DNA of 64,000 nt from Microcoleus sp. (lineage in GTDB: Bacteria > Cyanobacteriota > Cyanobacteriia > Cyanobacteriales > Microcoleaceae). Each line of letters begins with the position of its first letter. Positions within the stretch are counted from its first letter, which is position 1. The notes beneath the pieces are model-generated. The model was not told the origin of the DNA and ran no database searches. It saw only the letters and a program-made list of their open reading frames with translations. Location of the stretch: assembly GCA_052279835.1 (NCBI GenBank), contig CP181291.1, positions 5,536,001 through 5,600,000 of the forward strand, given 5' to 3'. The position numbers and the translations under genes were made by a program. Positions 1 through 10,418 of this stretch are shown piece after piece.

Positions 1-569
1 CTCCTATAGATGCCTTGAATGAAGGGCTGCAAACTTTTAGGGACGATCTGATTAAAGATGAATTGGCAAAAAAGCGAGTGGAAGTCGCGATTATTTCCTT
101 TGACAATCATATCAAAGTTGTGCAGGATTTCGTGACGGCAGACCAATTCGAGACGCCACTGCTGAAAGCCCAAGGACAAACTCACATGGGTGCAGGTATT
201 CAACAAGCACTGGATTTAATCGCCGCCCGCAAATCTGAATATCGCAACAACGGAATCACCTATTATCGGCCGTGGGTATTTATGATTACTGATGGAGAAC
301 CCCAAGGCGAATCGGACGATATTGTAGACATCGCTTCACGGCGGATTAAAGAGGAAGAAACTAACAAGCGCGTTGCTTTTTTTGCGGTAGGAGTCGAAGG
401 TGCTAATATTGCCCGTCTCGCCGAAATTGTGGAACGGACTCCTGTAAAATTAAAAGGATTGGATTTTAGGGAGATGTTTATTTGGCTTTCAGCTAGTATG
501 CAGCGAGTCTCTCACTCAAAAATTGATGAACAAGTAGCCTTACCACCTCCGGGGTGGGGAACCGTTTAG
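1..569 (+). CDS. TerY/YegL-like von Willebrand factor A domain protein, 5'-truncated by the window edge
   Basis: Frame is open from base 3 (PIDALNEGLQ...). Motifs RVEVAIISFD, GQTHMG, YYRPWVFMITDGEP and C-terminal LPPPGW are typical of TerY-type vWA proteins. Confidence 0.9.
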   Translation, partial: PIDALNEGLQTFRDDLIKDELAKKRVEVAIISFDNHIKVVQDFVTADQFETPLLKAQGQTHMGAGIQQALDLIAARKSEYRNNGITYYRPWVFMITDGEPQGESDDIVDIASRRIKEEETNKRVAFFAVGVEGANIARLAEIVERTPVKLKGLDFREMFIWLSASMQRVSHSKIDEQVALPPPGWGTV

Positions 570-572
570 TCA

Positions 573-686
573 TTGGTTATTTGTTATTGGTTATTTGTTA
601 TTGGTTATTTGTTATGAGTAGCAGGTGACAATTAACTACTAACAATTAACTACTAACAATTAACTACTAACAATTAACTACTAACA
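573..686. repeat. Heptamer STRR-type repeats (TTGGTTA/TTTGTTA) followed by four copies of the 14-bp unit ACAATTAACTACTA
   Basis: Read directly; the 14-mer copies start at 628, 642, 656 and 670. Confidence 0.9.
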
Positions 687-702
687 TCTGAATAACTGAC
701 AA

Positions 703-1488
703 ATGACAGAACAAATGACAAAGTGGCAAGTGGTAGCGGCATCGGTGATGGGGACGAGTCACTCCAAGCGATCGCAACCTTGTCAAGATGCCCACTGCTG
801 GCGGCTGTTACCCAATGGTGTTTTGGCGGCCTCCGTTGCCGATGGTGCGGGTTCGGCAACACTGGCAGAAGTAGGTGCTAAAATTGCTGTGGAAGCAGTT
901 GTCGAAACAATTTGTCGGCAATCAGAAATGCTGCCTGAAGATGACAGCCAATGGCAAGTATTCCTCACATCCGCACTTCAAGTCGCACGGGCGGCTGTGG
1001 AAACAGAAGCCGCGACGCGGGGAGTGGGGGCTAGAGATTTAGCCTGCACTTTAATTGCGGTGGTGGCTACACCAGAATTAATCGCCGTTGCTCAAATCGG
1101 TGATGGTGCGGCGGTGGCGGGTGATAATCAAGGAAGTGCGATCGCCCTGACAGTACCTCCCTGTGGTGAATATATCAATGAAACCATTTTTTTGATTTCC
1201 CCCAATGCCATAGAAACCGCACAATTTCATCTGCGACGGGAAAAAATGGCGCATTTAGCGGTGTTTTCCGACGGCTTGCAAATGCTAGCCCTGAAAATCC
1301 CGGAAGGCGCACCACACAGTCCATTTTTTACACCGCTGTTTCGATTTTCTGCTCAAGTTCAAGATGAGTCTGATGCACAACAGCAGTTGGAGTCTTTTTT
1401 GCGATCGCCCCGCGTTTCCGAACGCACCGATGATGACTTAACATTATTATTGGCAAGTTGTTTGAGTTCGGAAGTACCAGAAAATTAA
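703..1488 (+). CDS. PP2C-family Ser/Thr phosphatase (YegK/TerY-P type)
   Basis: SVMGTSH...PCQDA, VADGAGSA, QIGDG, FSDGLQ and RTDDDLTL motifs; directly downstream of the vWA gene. Confidence 0.9.
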   Translation: MTEQMTKWQVVAASVMGTSHSKRSQPCQDAHCWRLLPNGVLAASVADGAGSATLAEVGAKIAVEAVVETICRQSEMLPEDDSQWQVFLTSALQVARAAVETEAATRGVGARDLACTLIAVVATPELIAVAQIGDGAAVAGDNQGSAIALTVPPCGEYINETIFLISPNAIETAQFHLRREKMAHLAVFSDGLQMLALKIPEGAPHSPFFTPLFRFSAQVQDESDAQQQLESFLRSPRVSERTDDDLTLLLASCLSSEVPEN

Positions 1489-1491
1489 CAG

Positions 1492-1630
1492 TAGACATCT
1501 TGCCACAGCGAGTATTGTAAAACTTTATTAAGCTTGTCCGCAGTAGTAACCAATTATCCACCTGCATCTATCGGCGTCGGTTGGCGTTCATCTGCGCTAC
1601 AAAACCGATTCTGAATTGGGCAAGAAGTCT
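1492..1630. repeat. Degenerate MITE-like element
   Basis: Ends AGACATCTTGCC and GGCAAGAAGTCT form an imperfect inverted repeat. Confidence 0.5.
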
Positions 1631-1707
1631 CATCTGTTCAACGTAGCGGTTCTATAATAAAATCGACTTGTCAACAATTATGCTCCCGTTTAACAGTAGG
1701 TCATCAC

Positions 1708-2403
1708 TTGCAAGCACAAGAGATTAAGGATCAACTCAAATCCCTAATTAGCGAAGCATATCCAATAGATCCGAGTTTGGCGAGAAGATTGGATGAAATT
1801 TATCGCTGGGTAAAAGATGTCAAACCCGGTTCGCTAACTGCCAAAAAATTTGTGATGGCTTTTCTGCTACAGCTTGTCAGTGATTCAGAAGTTTGGTTGG
1901 CTGTCAAATCTCTACCTTCGGAAGCAGCACAACAAGCTGCCTTTGAGTTAATGAGTTCTGCCGAAAGATATTGGTATAGCTATCTCTTTCCTAAATGGCT
2001 GAGTGAAACCGATCGCAAATTTTATATTTGGAAGAAAAAATTAATGGCGGGAGAATTTTATCCGGCTGACGAGCAGATACTCCAATCGATAATAACTCAC
2101 ATTCAGCAGCGAGAAGATACTTCTTTTATACAGCGTTATATAGCCGATCTTTCTATGGCCACGGATTCCATAGTCAGCAGCCGGGAACATCAGCCTTTAT
2201 GTATACAAATCACCAGTATTTCTGATGAATTTTCGCAAGAAAAGTATGATAATTGGCAAAAAACTCTTCAGGAATGGGGGATTGACAGAGGATTATTTTT
2301 AAGTTACAATCCAAGTATTGAAAATTCGGTAGTTCGATTAGTTAATATGGCATTATACAACAGCGATAATTTACAGGCTGGCACCTACCTAAAATTTTCC
2401 TAG
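1708..2403 (+). CDS. Hypothetical protein (231 aa), possible divergent PD-(D/E)xK-like fold
   Basis: TTG-start ORF with a TATAAT upstream. The pattern ADLSMATDSIV...LCIQIT resembles the restriction-endonuclease D..D..QxK motif (weak). Confidence 0.7.
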   Translation: MQAQEIKDQLKSLISEAYPIDPSLARRLDEIYRWVKDVKPGSLTAKKFVMAFLLQLVSDSEVWLAVKSLPSEAAQQAAFELMSSAERYWYSYLFPKWLSETDRKFYIWKKKLMAGEFYPADEQILQSIITHIQQREDTSFIQRYIADLSMATDSIVSSREHQPLCIQITSISDEFSQEKYDNWQKTLQEWGIDRGLFLSYNPSIENSVVRLVNMALYNSDNLQAGTYLKFS

Positions 2404-2815
2404 AATCCAGAAGGGAGCCACGTAAATGTTGTTAAAAAAAAGTTGTGAAAAAATGTGAATATTTCTCTGTCGGCTATTCCTCAGCATTCTCTGCCTTTCC
2501 GGGCTCGAAAAATCAAATTTAGACAAAACAAAATAAGATGACTTTAAGTAAAACCTAGGAACTAGGCGCTGGAAACAGCGATTAGGCACACAGGAATTAC
2601 GAATTAAACGGGAAAAAACCAGGTTTCTCGTTCTGCTACTGAATATCAAATGATGCAATGAGTTTAAGAAACCCGGTTGTTGCGTCCTGGACAACAAAAT
2701 AGCGTCCTAGCAGAGGATAACTCAGATATTTGCGATGAATGGACGCTTGTAAAGCCCTAGATATTTCCCTAGCCCGATAGTATAGCAACCTTAAAATTCG
2801 ATCAAAAATAACACC

Positions 2816-3838
2816 ATGACAGCACAAGGCACAACGACTGTTGAAAAAAGTTTACAAAAAGTGTTGGAAAAACTGGAATCCTCCCGAAAAATGCAGGATG
2901 ACTGGATGAAAAACGGGATAAATTTTGTAGATTTGTATGTGGATGACGCTGGTGGAGATTGGTTGGAAGAATGGGGAAAAGTGGAAGCAGCAGATTTAGA
3001 AGTTGACACGATTACCAGTATAGATGTTGAGGCTATCAAAATAGCGATCGGCTTTTCTAACTTTCAGAAAACACAATTACTGGAAATAGCCTTGACTCAC
3101 CGTGGCGATACCAAGGATTTTCGAGGCACATCTTTTGACTCGTCAGTGGACCAAGATGTCAAGTACAAAAGGCTGGCTCTCTTAGGAAGCGCGATTTTGA
3201 GTGCGGTTGTCACCGATTACCTATACCGCGAATATCCTCAGTTCGATCGAGATTGTATCTCAAATTTAAAATCTCGGTTACTAGACAAGAACAAACTATC
3301 GGAATTTGCGATCAGTTTGAATTTGCAGGAACTTAGCTTGCATAGTGCTCAGGGTAAAGAAACAGAAAAAAGTCAGTACAAGAGATTTCTAGGCGAAACT
3401 TTTGAGGCGGTGTTTGGGGCGATTTACTTGGAGTGCGATCGCGATTTTTTGCGTGCGGGCGACTGGCTGATTCAGAATTTCATCGCCAAAGCAGTTGCTG
3501 AGAAGATGAGTCAAAAAAGCGATCTAATTGAAGGGACAAAAATTTCGCCACAAATAGCTCTTAAACGGCTGCGAATCCTCGGTGCAGAAATTTTAGAGGC
3601 GATCGCCTTTGACTATCTCTACCACCGTTTTCCAGAACGTAATGCCAGCCAGCTAACTGACTGGAAAAAAATGTTAGTGGCCAAAGAAATTTTTCCCAAA
3701 GAATTCAAGACCAAATTAGGCAATCAGTACCTAGAATTGGACAGTGATTTCTCACGCACCCGCGACTGGTTAGTTAATAATTTTATCAAAACAGCAGTGG
3801 AAGAACTGGTAGAGGAGAGAGAAAATCAATTCAACTAA
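2816..3838 (+). CDS. Protein with an acidic N-terminal module and two degenerate RNase III domains, no dsRBD
   Basis: ALTHR, KRLALLGSAIL and GETFEAVFGAIYLE in domain 1; a second copy KRLRILGAEIL...GNQYLE in domain 2. Confidence 0.85.
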   Translation: MTAQGTTTVEKSLQKVLEKLESSRKMQDDWMKNGINFVDLYVDDAGGDWLEEWGKVEAADLEVDTITSIDVEAIKIAIGFSNFQKTQLLEIALTHRGDTKDFRGTSFDSSVDQDVKYKRLALLGSAILSAVVTDYLYREYPQFDRDCISNLKSRLLDKNKLSEFAISLNLQELSLHSAQGKETEKSQYKRFLGETFEAVFGAIYLECDRDFLRAGDWLIQNFIAKAVAEKMSQKSDLIEGTKISPQIALKRLRILGAEILEAIAFDYLYHRFPERNASQLTDWKKMLVAKEIFPKEFKTKLGNQYLELDSDFSRTRDWLVNNFIKTAVEELVEERENQFN

Positions 3839-3926
3839 AAGTAGAAAACCAATAGCTGCTACGCATCCACAGTATCTGTCGCTTGGGGAGGGACAGAGTT
3901 TATGTAAATTATTTTTAGCGGATTTA

Positions 3927-4484
3927 TTAGTTCATTTTCAACCACCCAAACACCTGTTCGGCGGTAAGATTCAGAGGAATTATTTCTGGTAGGGGAAGGC
4001 GATCGCCTCCTTCGCAGAATTGCGGTGCCTGGTTTGGTAAAAACGCTAAAATCGAGCGATCTTCTGGATCTATTAACAACCCCAATTCACAGCCATGTTT
4101 GAGACAGTGTATAATTTTTCTAGTTATACGATTTGAGCTTTGTTGTGGCGAGATAATTTCGATAGTCCAATAGGGTGCAATTAGCACTTCATCTAAGGGT
4201 TCCCCACTCTCATCAAATTGAATTTGTTCCCACAATAGTACCGCAATATCTGGAACAATCGATCGACCGTCAAATGTACATCGCAACTCTGGAAAAGCAT
4301 AAGCGATCTTTGAATTTTCCGTCACCTGATTAATGGCGTTGCAGGTTCTTAATTGCAATCGGCTGTGCTTTGTTTTAGGCATCGGTTTCTGGATAATTTC
4401 ACCCTCAATGTATTCGCTAGCAGGTTTGGTTTCCGGCCGTTTCAAAAATTCTTCAAGGGTGAGGCGGTCAGTGGCGATGCTCAT
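3927..4484 (-). CDS. Uma2-family (DUF820) endonuclease
   Basis: LTLEEFL..PETKPASEYIEGEIIQKPMP, FPELRCTF, VPDIAV and WTIEIISP; start placed at MSIAT. Confidence 0.92.
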   Translation of the reverse strand: MSIATDRLTLEEFLKRPETKPASEYIEGEIIQKPMPKTKHSRLQLRTCNAINQVTENSKIAYAFPELRCTFDGRSIVPDIAVLLWEQIQFDESGEPLDEVLIAPYWTIEIISPQQSSNRITRKIIHCLKHGCELGLLIDPEDRSILAFLPNQAPQFCEGGDRLPLPEIIPLNLTAEQVFGWLKMN

Positions 4485-4551
4485 AAATCTGTTCCGCAAT
4501 GCTATCTATTTCGAGTATAACATCACTCGGCTCTTTCAACTGATATCACTG

Positions 4552-4672
4552 GGGAGCATCCCAATTTTGTAAAGGCGAAGCATTCCGGCAAACAATTGAT
4601 TAGTTATAAGCATAGACTTACTGCAGGAATGCTTCACCCCTACGAATATATTTGCAAAAATGGGATGCTCCC
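4552..4672. mobile_element. 121-bp MITE with terminal inverted repeats and an 8-bp target-site duplication
   Basis: Ends GGGAGCATCCCAATTTTG and CAAAAATGGGATGCTCCC; TATCACTG is duplicated at 4544-4551 and 4673-4680. Confidence 0.8.
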
Positions 4673-4790
4673 TATCACTGTGACCAATTATTAGACATCT
4701 CTCCTAATTCCTTTGGAACAGGCAGGATGCTTCTTGTTATTTAATGTCTTTTTGGGATATCTCTATTACATAAAATCCCATGGGAATCGA

Positions 4791-5777
4791 CTAATTTTGC
4801 GGAACTATCTGCTGTTTGAACTCAAATACATTAGGATTTTGCGGATCGTAACTAGCCCGCAGCCAGTGAACATTGGGAGAACCGAAAGTTTCAACTCTGG
4901 TAAAGTTTTTCATTCTGGGGAGTTGAGTTTCATCTGTAAAACGCGGTAGAGGTTTGTCGATGCGGAAATAGTGAGTATCGCCGTGGACAAATACAACTTG
5001 TCCCTTAAATTTGCGGGCTTCAGTTTCCAGAGTTGCAATAAAATCGTTGTAGCCGCTTCTTCTTTTGTCGGTTGGATCTAGTTCAAATCCCGGATTGGCT
5101 TGGGCAATTAACATAATTCCTTTGCTATTGCTGCGGGAGGCTAGGGCAAAAGATTCTTCGATCCAAGCCAAGTTAGCTGCATTGCGATCGGCATATTCTC
5201 GATCGCCTTCGGGAGTGCGCCCAAAATTGTTGTTACTTCCCGGCATATTAATCCCACAAAACATAATTCCCTGATAATTCCAACGGATATTTTCACGGTA
5301 TTTAGCAAACTGTGGATTCTCGCTTTGACGAGTCAGAGTCAAAGTCTTTTTTCCCTGAGTTTGATTTCCTTGTGTGAAAATTTCCCGCAGTTTAGCTAGT
5401 CTCTCTACTGGATCGTAACTACCATTATTTGAGCGGTGACAATCAGTCCATTCGTTGTCGCCATAAACCAGAATAAATGGAATATCAAATTTTTGAAATA
5501 ATTCTTTGCGACTGACAAAAGTTGCATCATCGCAGACAGTTGAACCGTTTTTGAAGTCGCCGTCATGGACAACAAAAGCGGCTGGCGATCGATTGATGTC
5601 TGCTACCAAATTACTAAATTTGGCTTCCTGTTCTGCACTGTAGGGTAAGTCGCCAATTAAGGCAAATTCAAAACTTTTCTCCCCTAAATTTCGAGCATAG
5701 CTTACAGAATTTATCAGGTTAAATCCTGTAATTAAAGCCAAAGAAATTAAGGCAAAAATCACATATTTTTTAGTCAT
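4791..5777 (-). CDS. Secreted calcineurin-like metallophosphoesterase
   Basis: Signal peptide; GDLPY, VHDGDFK, GDNEWTDCH and VHGDTH motifs. Confidence 0.85.
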   Translation of the reverse strand: MTKKYVIFALISLALITGFNLINSVSYARNLGEKSFEFALIGDLPYSAEQEAKFSNLVADINRSPAAFVVHDGDFKNGSTVCDDATFVSRKELFQKFDIPFILVYGDNEWTDCHRSNNGSYDPVERLAKLREIFTQGNQTQGKKTLTLTRQSENPQFAKYRENIRWNYQGIMFCGINMPGSNNNFGRTPEGDREYADRNAANLAWIEESFALASRSNSKGIMLIAQANPGFELDPTDKRRSGYNDFIATLETEARKFKGQVVFVHGDTHYFRIDKPLPRFTDETQLPRMKNFTRVETFGSPNVHWLRASYDPQNPNVFEFKQQIVPQN

Positions 5778-5803
5778 TTATTTGAAGTAGAAAGTCTACC
5801 TAA

Positions 5804-6551
5804 TTAATTTAAATGTTTGCTCAGCCAAGCGATCGCCCCTTCGACATCAGTAACAACTTCCGCATCCGGTATTGGTGGCCTGTGCACCATCACCACGGGA
5901 ATTCCCAATTCCCGCGCCGCGACAATTTTGGCATAAGTCGCATCACCACCGCTGTTTTTGCTGACAATGGTATCAATCTGATATTCGAGCAACAATTCCC
6001 GTTCATTTTCTAAGAAAAAAGGCCCCTTTGCTAAAATTAATTTGCTTTGAGGGTATAAAATACCTAGGGCTGGGGGTTCGATCGCCCGAATCAAAAACCA
6101 AATAGAATCCAGACTAGAAAAAGCAGTCAATTCCTGTCTACCAATAGTGAGAAATACGCGCTGCGATCGCTCAGATAAAGCCATGGCAGCCTCTTCATGG
6201 TTTTCGACTTCAATCCAGCGATCGCCCTGCACCGGAGTCCAAGCAGGACGCACCAGCATCAAATGTGGCAATTGAAATTCAGCAGCAGCGGTGGCTGCAT
6301 TCATCGAAATCTGAGCAGCAAACGGATGAGTCGCATCAATTAACAAGTCGATCGCGCGATCGGTCAAATACTCACCCAGTCCACCTACTCCCCCAAACCC
6401 ACCAATTCGCAGCGTACCCGTTGGGGTGGAAGGTTGTTTAGTGCGTCCTGCTAGGGAAGAAACCACCTCCAAGTTAGCGATTTGGGAAGCCCGCGCCGCC
6501 AGTTTCAGTCGCATCCCCCGTTCCTCCCAAAATTAGCAAGCGTTTTTTCAT
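5804..6551 (-). pseudogene. cobK: Cobalt-precorrin-6A reductase with a +1 frameshift near codon 16 (real or sequencing error)
   Basis: The conserved N-terminus MKKRLLILGGTGDATE starts at 6551 in a different frame from the body (SSLAGRT, IGGFGG, IDATHPFA, VSKNSGG). There is one extra A at 6503-6505. Confidence 0.85.
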
Positions 6552-6625
6552 AGAATTCCCCTTACCCGATCTAGTCAAGACTTAACAATATAATATGTTA
6601 AGTAAAGTTTTAACTACCAACAGCT

Positions 6626-7444
6626 ATGATGCGATCGCTCTTGACATTTTTGACAGTATTAGTTGTAAGTGGGATAGTTTGGGTAGGAAATGTAATGCCA
6701 GCCTCCGCAGAAGTTCAACCCACAGATATTACCGATCCGCAGCAGCAGTTAGCAGAACTCGTTCAGAAAGCTTTTGAAGCGACAAACGAAGGCAAATTCC
6801 CCCTGGCTGAAAGTTTTTGGACTCAAATCATTGACAAATTTCCCGATCAAGCAGCCGCTTGGAGTAACCGTGGTAATTCTAGAGTAAGTCAAAACCAGCT
6901 ACAAGCAGCAATTGCCGACTACGAAAAAGCGATCGAACTCGTTCCCGAAGCTCCCGATCCGTACTTAAACCGCGGTACAGCCTTAGAAGGTTTAGGACGG
7001 TGGGAAGAAGCGATCGCCGACTACAATCATGTACTAGAATTAGACCCAAAAGATCCAGCAGCCTACAACAACCGAGGCAACGCCGAAGCAGGTTTAGGTC
7101 AATGGAAACAAGCAATTATCGACTACAACAAAGCCTTTGAACTAGCACCTGAATACGCCTTTGCTCGCGCCAACCACGCCCTCGCCCTTTATCAAAATGG
7201 ACAAACCAAAGAAGCAATTCGCAACATGAAAAATATTGTCCGCAGATACCCCCAATTTGCCGACATGAGAGCTGCCCTCAGCGCTTGTCTGTGGGAGGCG
7301 GGACAGCGTGGGGAAGCTGAGAGCAATTGGGTTGCCGCCGTCGGCCTCGACTCCCGCTACAAAGACCTCGATTGGGTTAAAAATACCCGCCGTTGGCCAC
7401 CAGTTGCAGTCAGTGCTTTGGATAAATTCTTGAACTTGAAATAA
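6626..7444 (+). CDS. Tetratricopeptide repeat protein with signal peptide
   Basis: Repeated AWSNRGN/PYLNRG/AYNNRGN TPR units. Confidence 0.9.
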   Translation: MMRSLLTFLTVLVVSGIVWVGNVMPASAEVQPTDITDPQQQLAELVQKAFEATNEGKFPLAESFWTQIIDKFPDQAAAWSNRGNSRVSQNQLQAAIADYEKAIELVPEAPDPYLNRGTALEGLGRWEEAIADYNHVLELDPKDPAAYNNRGNAEAGLGQWKQAIIDYNKAFELAPEYAFARANHALALYQNGQTKEAIRNMKNIVRRYPQFADMRAALSACLWEAGQRGEAESNWVAAVGLDSRYKDLDWVKNTRRWPPVAVSALDKFLNLK

Positions 7445-7451
7445 TACCAAA

Positions 7452-7605
7452 GTTATTGGTTATTGGTTATTTGTTATTGGTTATTTGTTAGTTAGAGTAA
7501 CCAATTCCCAATCCCCAATTCCCAATCCCCAATCCCCAATTCCCAATTCCCAATTCCCAATTTCCAATTCCCAACTCCCAATCCCCAATTCCCTATTCCC
7601 TATTC
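7452..7605. repeat. STRR-type heptamer/hexamer arrays (TTGGTTA; CCCCAAT/TTCCCAA)
   Basis: Read directly between convergent genes. Confidence 0.9.
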
Positions 7606-8409
7606 TCTATCTCCAATGACCCTTAACAATTCCCAAACCAGTGCCGGAGTCAACTCTTCAACATTCCTCAATACTGAGACAGCACCAGCATTTTGTAGCG
7701 CCGCAGTATAAGCTTGGCATCGCACCGCATCATCCAAAACATGAGGTGGCAAAATTCCAATTCCCAGCCAAACTCGCGAGGGTTGTACTTGACTGGCTTT
7801 GACAATAGTGTAAATATCTGCAACAGTATCCCCTGCATAAATCACAGGCAAACTTTCTGGTAAAGCGTTCAGGTTTTCCAATTTTTCAATAGTCGCAAAT
7901 AGTCCAGTAGGATCGGGTTTTCCCGGTGCATCTTCCATCGCCACTAATACAGGGGAATTTAAGCCGAGTTTCCCTGACAAAACATAGGTAGCTTCATCCC
8001 GCATCGCCCCGCTAAAAAAGCCCCAAACTATGCCACCTGTGGTTAAACTTTCCAGGTAAGCCGGACTTAGCAGCAGCGGTTCGTCGCCAATGTAACCAGT
8101 CCAATTTTGCTCGTCGGGGCCACGATAGCGACTTTGGAAAAATGCTACTAACTCGTTATAGTCGATCGCGCTTTCCGTTCGCGATCGCCCCATTCCCTCA
8201 AAATAACGGTAAACTAACTCTTGTGAAGCTTCCCAATCATTATTCCACACTCCCTCAGACTTGAGAGAGTCAATATCAATAGAATTGGGACGAAAAGCAC
8301 CCCCCGTGAAATGCTCCACCGCATCCGCCAGCGCCCGTCGGTAAGAACCAGACACATCCCGCACCACACCATCAATATCAAAAACTACAATCGCTCTGTC
8401 TGCTGTCAT
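7600..8409 (-). CDS. HAD-superfamily hydrolase (TIGR01548-like)
   Basis: FDIDGVVRD motif I, GKPDP and YAGDTVAD. Confidence 0.9.
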   Translation of the reverse strand: MTADRAIVVFDIDGVVRDVSGSYRRALADAVEHFTGGAFRPNSIDIDSLKSEGVWNNDWEASQELVYRYFEGMGRSRTESAIDYNELVAFFQSRYRGPDEQNWTGYIGDEPLLLSPAYLESLTTGGIVWGFFSGAMRDEATYVLSGKLGLNSPVLVAMEDAPGKPDPTGLFATIEKLENLNALPESLPVIYAGDTVADIYTIVKASQVQPSRVWLGIGILPPHVLDDAVRCQAYTAALQNAGAVSVLRNVEELTPALVWELLRVIGDRE

Positions 8410-8546
8410 CAGTGCCCCACCCGCAGTTAACTATTGGCATTTTACCTGAGCCAATGTCGGAATTTTAAGTAAAAATGACAAAAGTATGCTAAGCTTAGCG
8501 ATTGTAGAAATTTTTAATAAGTTCGATCGAAACCCCGGAGGTTTGT

Positions 8547-8846
8547 TTGTCCAAGTTCATCTTAAAAGTTCTCTGGCTAGAAGAGAATGTTGCCCTCGCC
8601 GTTGACCAAGTGGTCGGTAAAGGAACTAGCCCGCTGACAGCTTACTTTTTCTGGCCCCGCAAGGATGCGTGGGAAGATCTCAAAAACGAACTCGAAGCCA
8701 AACACTGGATTGCCGACAACGATCGCGTCGAAGTCCTCAACCAAGCCACAGAAGTAATCAACTACTGGCAAGAGGAAGGCAGACGGCGACCAATGAATGA
8801 AGCTCAGTCAAAATTCCCCCTCGTGACTTTTACTGGCAGCAACTAA
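8547..8846 (+). CDS. ycf65: 30S ribosomal protein PSRP-3 (Ycf65)
   Basis: [19 protein letters not shown]...[15 protein letters not shown] signature; GGAGG RBS and TTG start. Confidence 0.93.
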   Translation: MSKFILKVLWLEENVALAVDQVVGKGTSPLTAYFFWPRKDAWEDLKNELEAKHWIADNDRVEVLNQATEVINYWQEEGRRRPMNEAQSKFPLVTFTGSN

Positions 8847-8848
8847 TC

Positions 8849-8900
8849 ACAGTTAACAGTTAACTGTTAACTGTCAACTGTTAACTGTCAACTGTTAACT
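8849..8900. repeat. Heptamer repeats CTGTTAA/CTGTCAA in inverted arrangement (possible terminator)
   Basis: Read directly. Confidence 0.8.
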
Positions 8901-8930
8901 ATGTAATTATTTTTTCATTGAGCGGAATTT

Positions 8931-10004
8931 ATGGGCGGCGACAGTACAATCAACCAAACTGAGCAGCTACCGCTGGTAGTAAATCCTGATATTCTCCAGC
9001 AAGCTATTCTCTACAAAATTAATACTCGAATTACCGCTCGCGGAGAAATAGTGTTTCCCTGTGTACCGGGGATGCTAAACCACTATCTCCAGTCAATCGA
9101 AAAACTATTCACCACTCTCGACAGACCTTTACCAGCAGACAGAAAAGAGGAACTGAGCAAACTGTTAGCCAGCAAATTAGAACAAGGCTACCAGTCTTCC
9201 ACTGCTTCGATGCTGATACTTCAATACGAGTCAGTTCAGCCTCCGCAAACTGGTTTAGCTTGCAAAGTGCTCGTGGCGACCTCCACAGTAGGAGAACAGT
9301 ATAAAAGTTGGGTAGATACCAGGGAAGCTCCCCTATTCGGCTCCCATCCAGACGCAAAATTGATGACAACGGTTGCTGAATTGGGAAGTCCCGATCGCGT
9401 GCGGATTTTGGACGTGGGTGCTGGTACCGGCCGCAACACTTTGCCCTTGGCGAGATTGGGCTATGCTGTGGATGCGATCGAACTCACCCCAGCTTTTGCA
9501 GAACAGTTACAAACCGCTGCGACAGCCGAAAACCTACCAGTCACAGTGACACTAGGCAATGTACTAGACCCCTTAGTGCGGATGAAACCGGCTCGCTACC
9601 AACTTGCAGTCGCCGCCGAAGTCATCTCTCATTTTCGAGACAGCGACGAAGTGCGACTGTTCCTAGCAAAAATGTGCGATTCCCTCTGTCCCGGAGGTCT
9701 ATTACTCTTCAGTACGTTTTTATCAGTAGGTGACTACCAACCAGATCCCCTCGTGCGACAAGTAGCCGAACTTTCCTGGTCTACTTTATTTACGCCCCAA
9801 GAACTGATTGTGGCGATGGAAGGCCTGCCCCTAGTCCCCATCTCCAATGAATTGGTATTTGAGTACGAACGCACCCATCTGCCGGAAGCAGCCTGGCCCC
9901 CGACACCCTGGTTTGCCAGTTGGGCCACAGGTCGTGATGTTTTTCCCATGGCCAATGGACGCCCCCCGATGGAATTGCGTTGGATTTTGTGCCGCCGGAG
10001 TTAA
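8931..10004 (+). CDS. Class I SAM-dependent methyltransferase with N-terminal extension
   Basis: ILDVGAGTGRN motif I and VDAIE motif II. Confidence 0.88.
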   Translation: MGGDSTINQTEQLPLVVNPDILQQAILYKINTRITARGEIVFPCVPGMLNHYLQSIEKLFTTLDRPLPADRKEELSKLLASKLEQGYQSSTASMLILQYESVQPPQTGLACKVLVATSTVGEQYKSWVDTREAPLFGSHPDAKLMTTVAELGSPDRVRILDVGAGTGRNTLPLARLGYAVDAIELTPAFAEQLQTAATAENLPVTVTLGNVLDPLVRMKPARYQLAVAAEVISHFRDSDEVRLFLAKMCDSLCPGGLLLFSTFLSVGDYQPDPLVRQVAELSWSTLFTPQELIVAMEGLPLVPISNELVFEYERTHLPEAAWPPTPWFASWATGRDVFPMANGRPPMELRWILCRRS

Positions 10005-10418
10005 GAAGCACAAACACCCAAGAATACTTATCAAGCCAATAACATAAGTTTTGGTTAATTTTTTGTTTTGTAGCTTTTGTACATAAAAATTAATAAAAAT
10101 TGTACTAGAATATGCAAAGAGTGAAGCTCGATCGAGACAGGTGCAGCTAAAGTTAAGATCGGACAAACTTATCCCTTAAGATAGATGAAATTCTGAGGGA
10201 AAAACATAGGCTAATTAATTCTCTCGCTAGATCAGCGATAATCCTGACACACAAATATGCTTTTAACACGTCCACTACAAGCGTTTCGAGCAATCTTCAG
10301 GGATAAACCTTCAATGAATAGAACGATCGAACAAAAAAGTAGTAAAAATAATTTTGGGGGGAATATTTATCCCACTCCCAATCAACAAATTGACTGGTCT
10401 ATCGAATTGGAAAGACTG

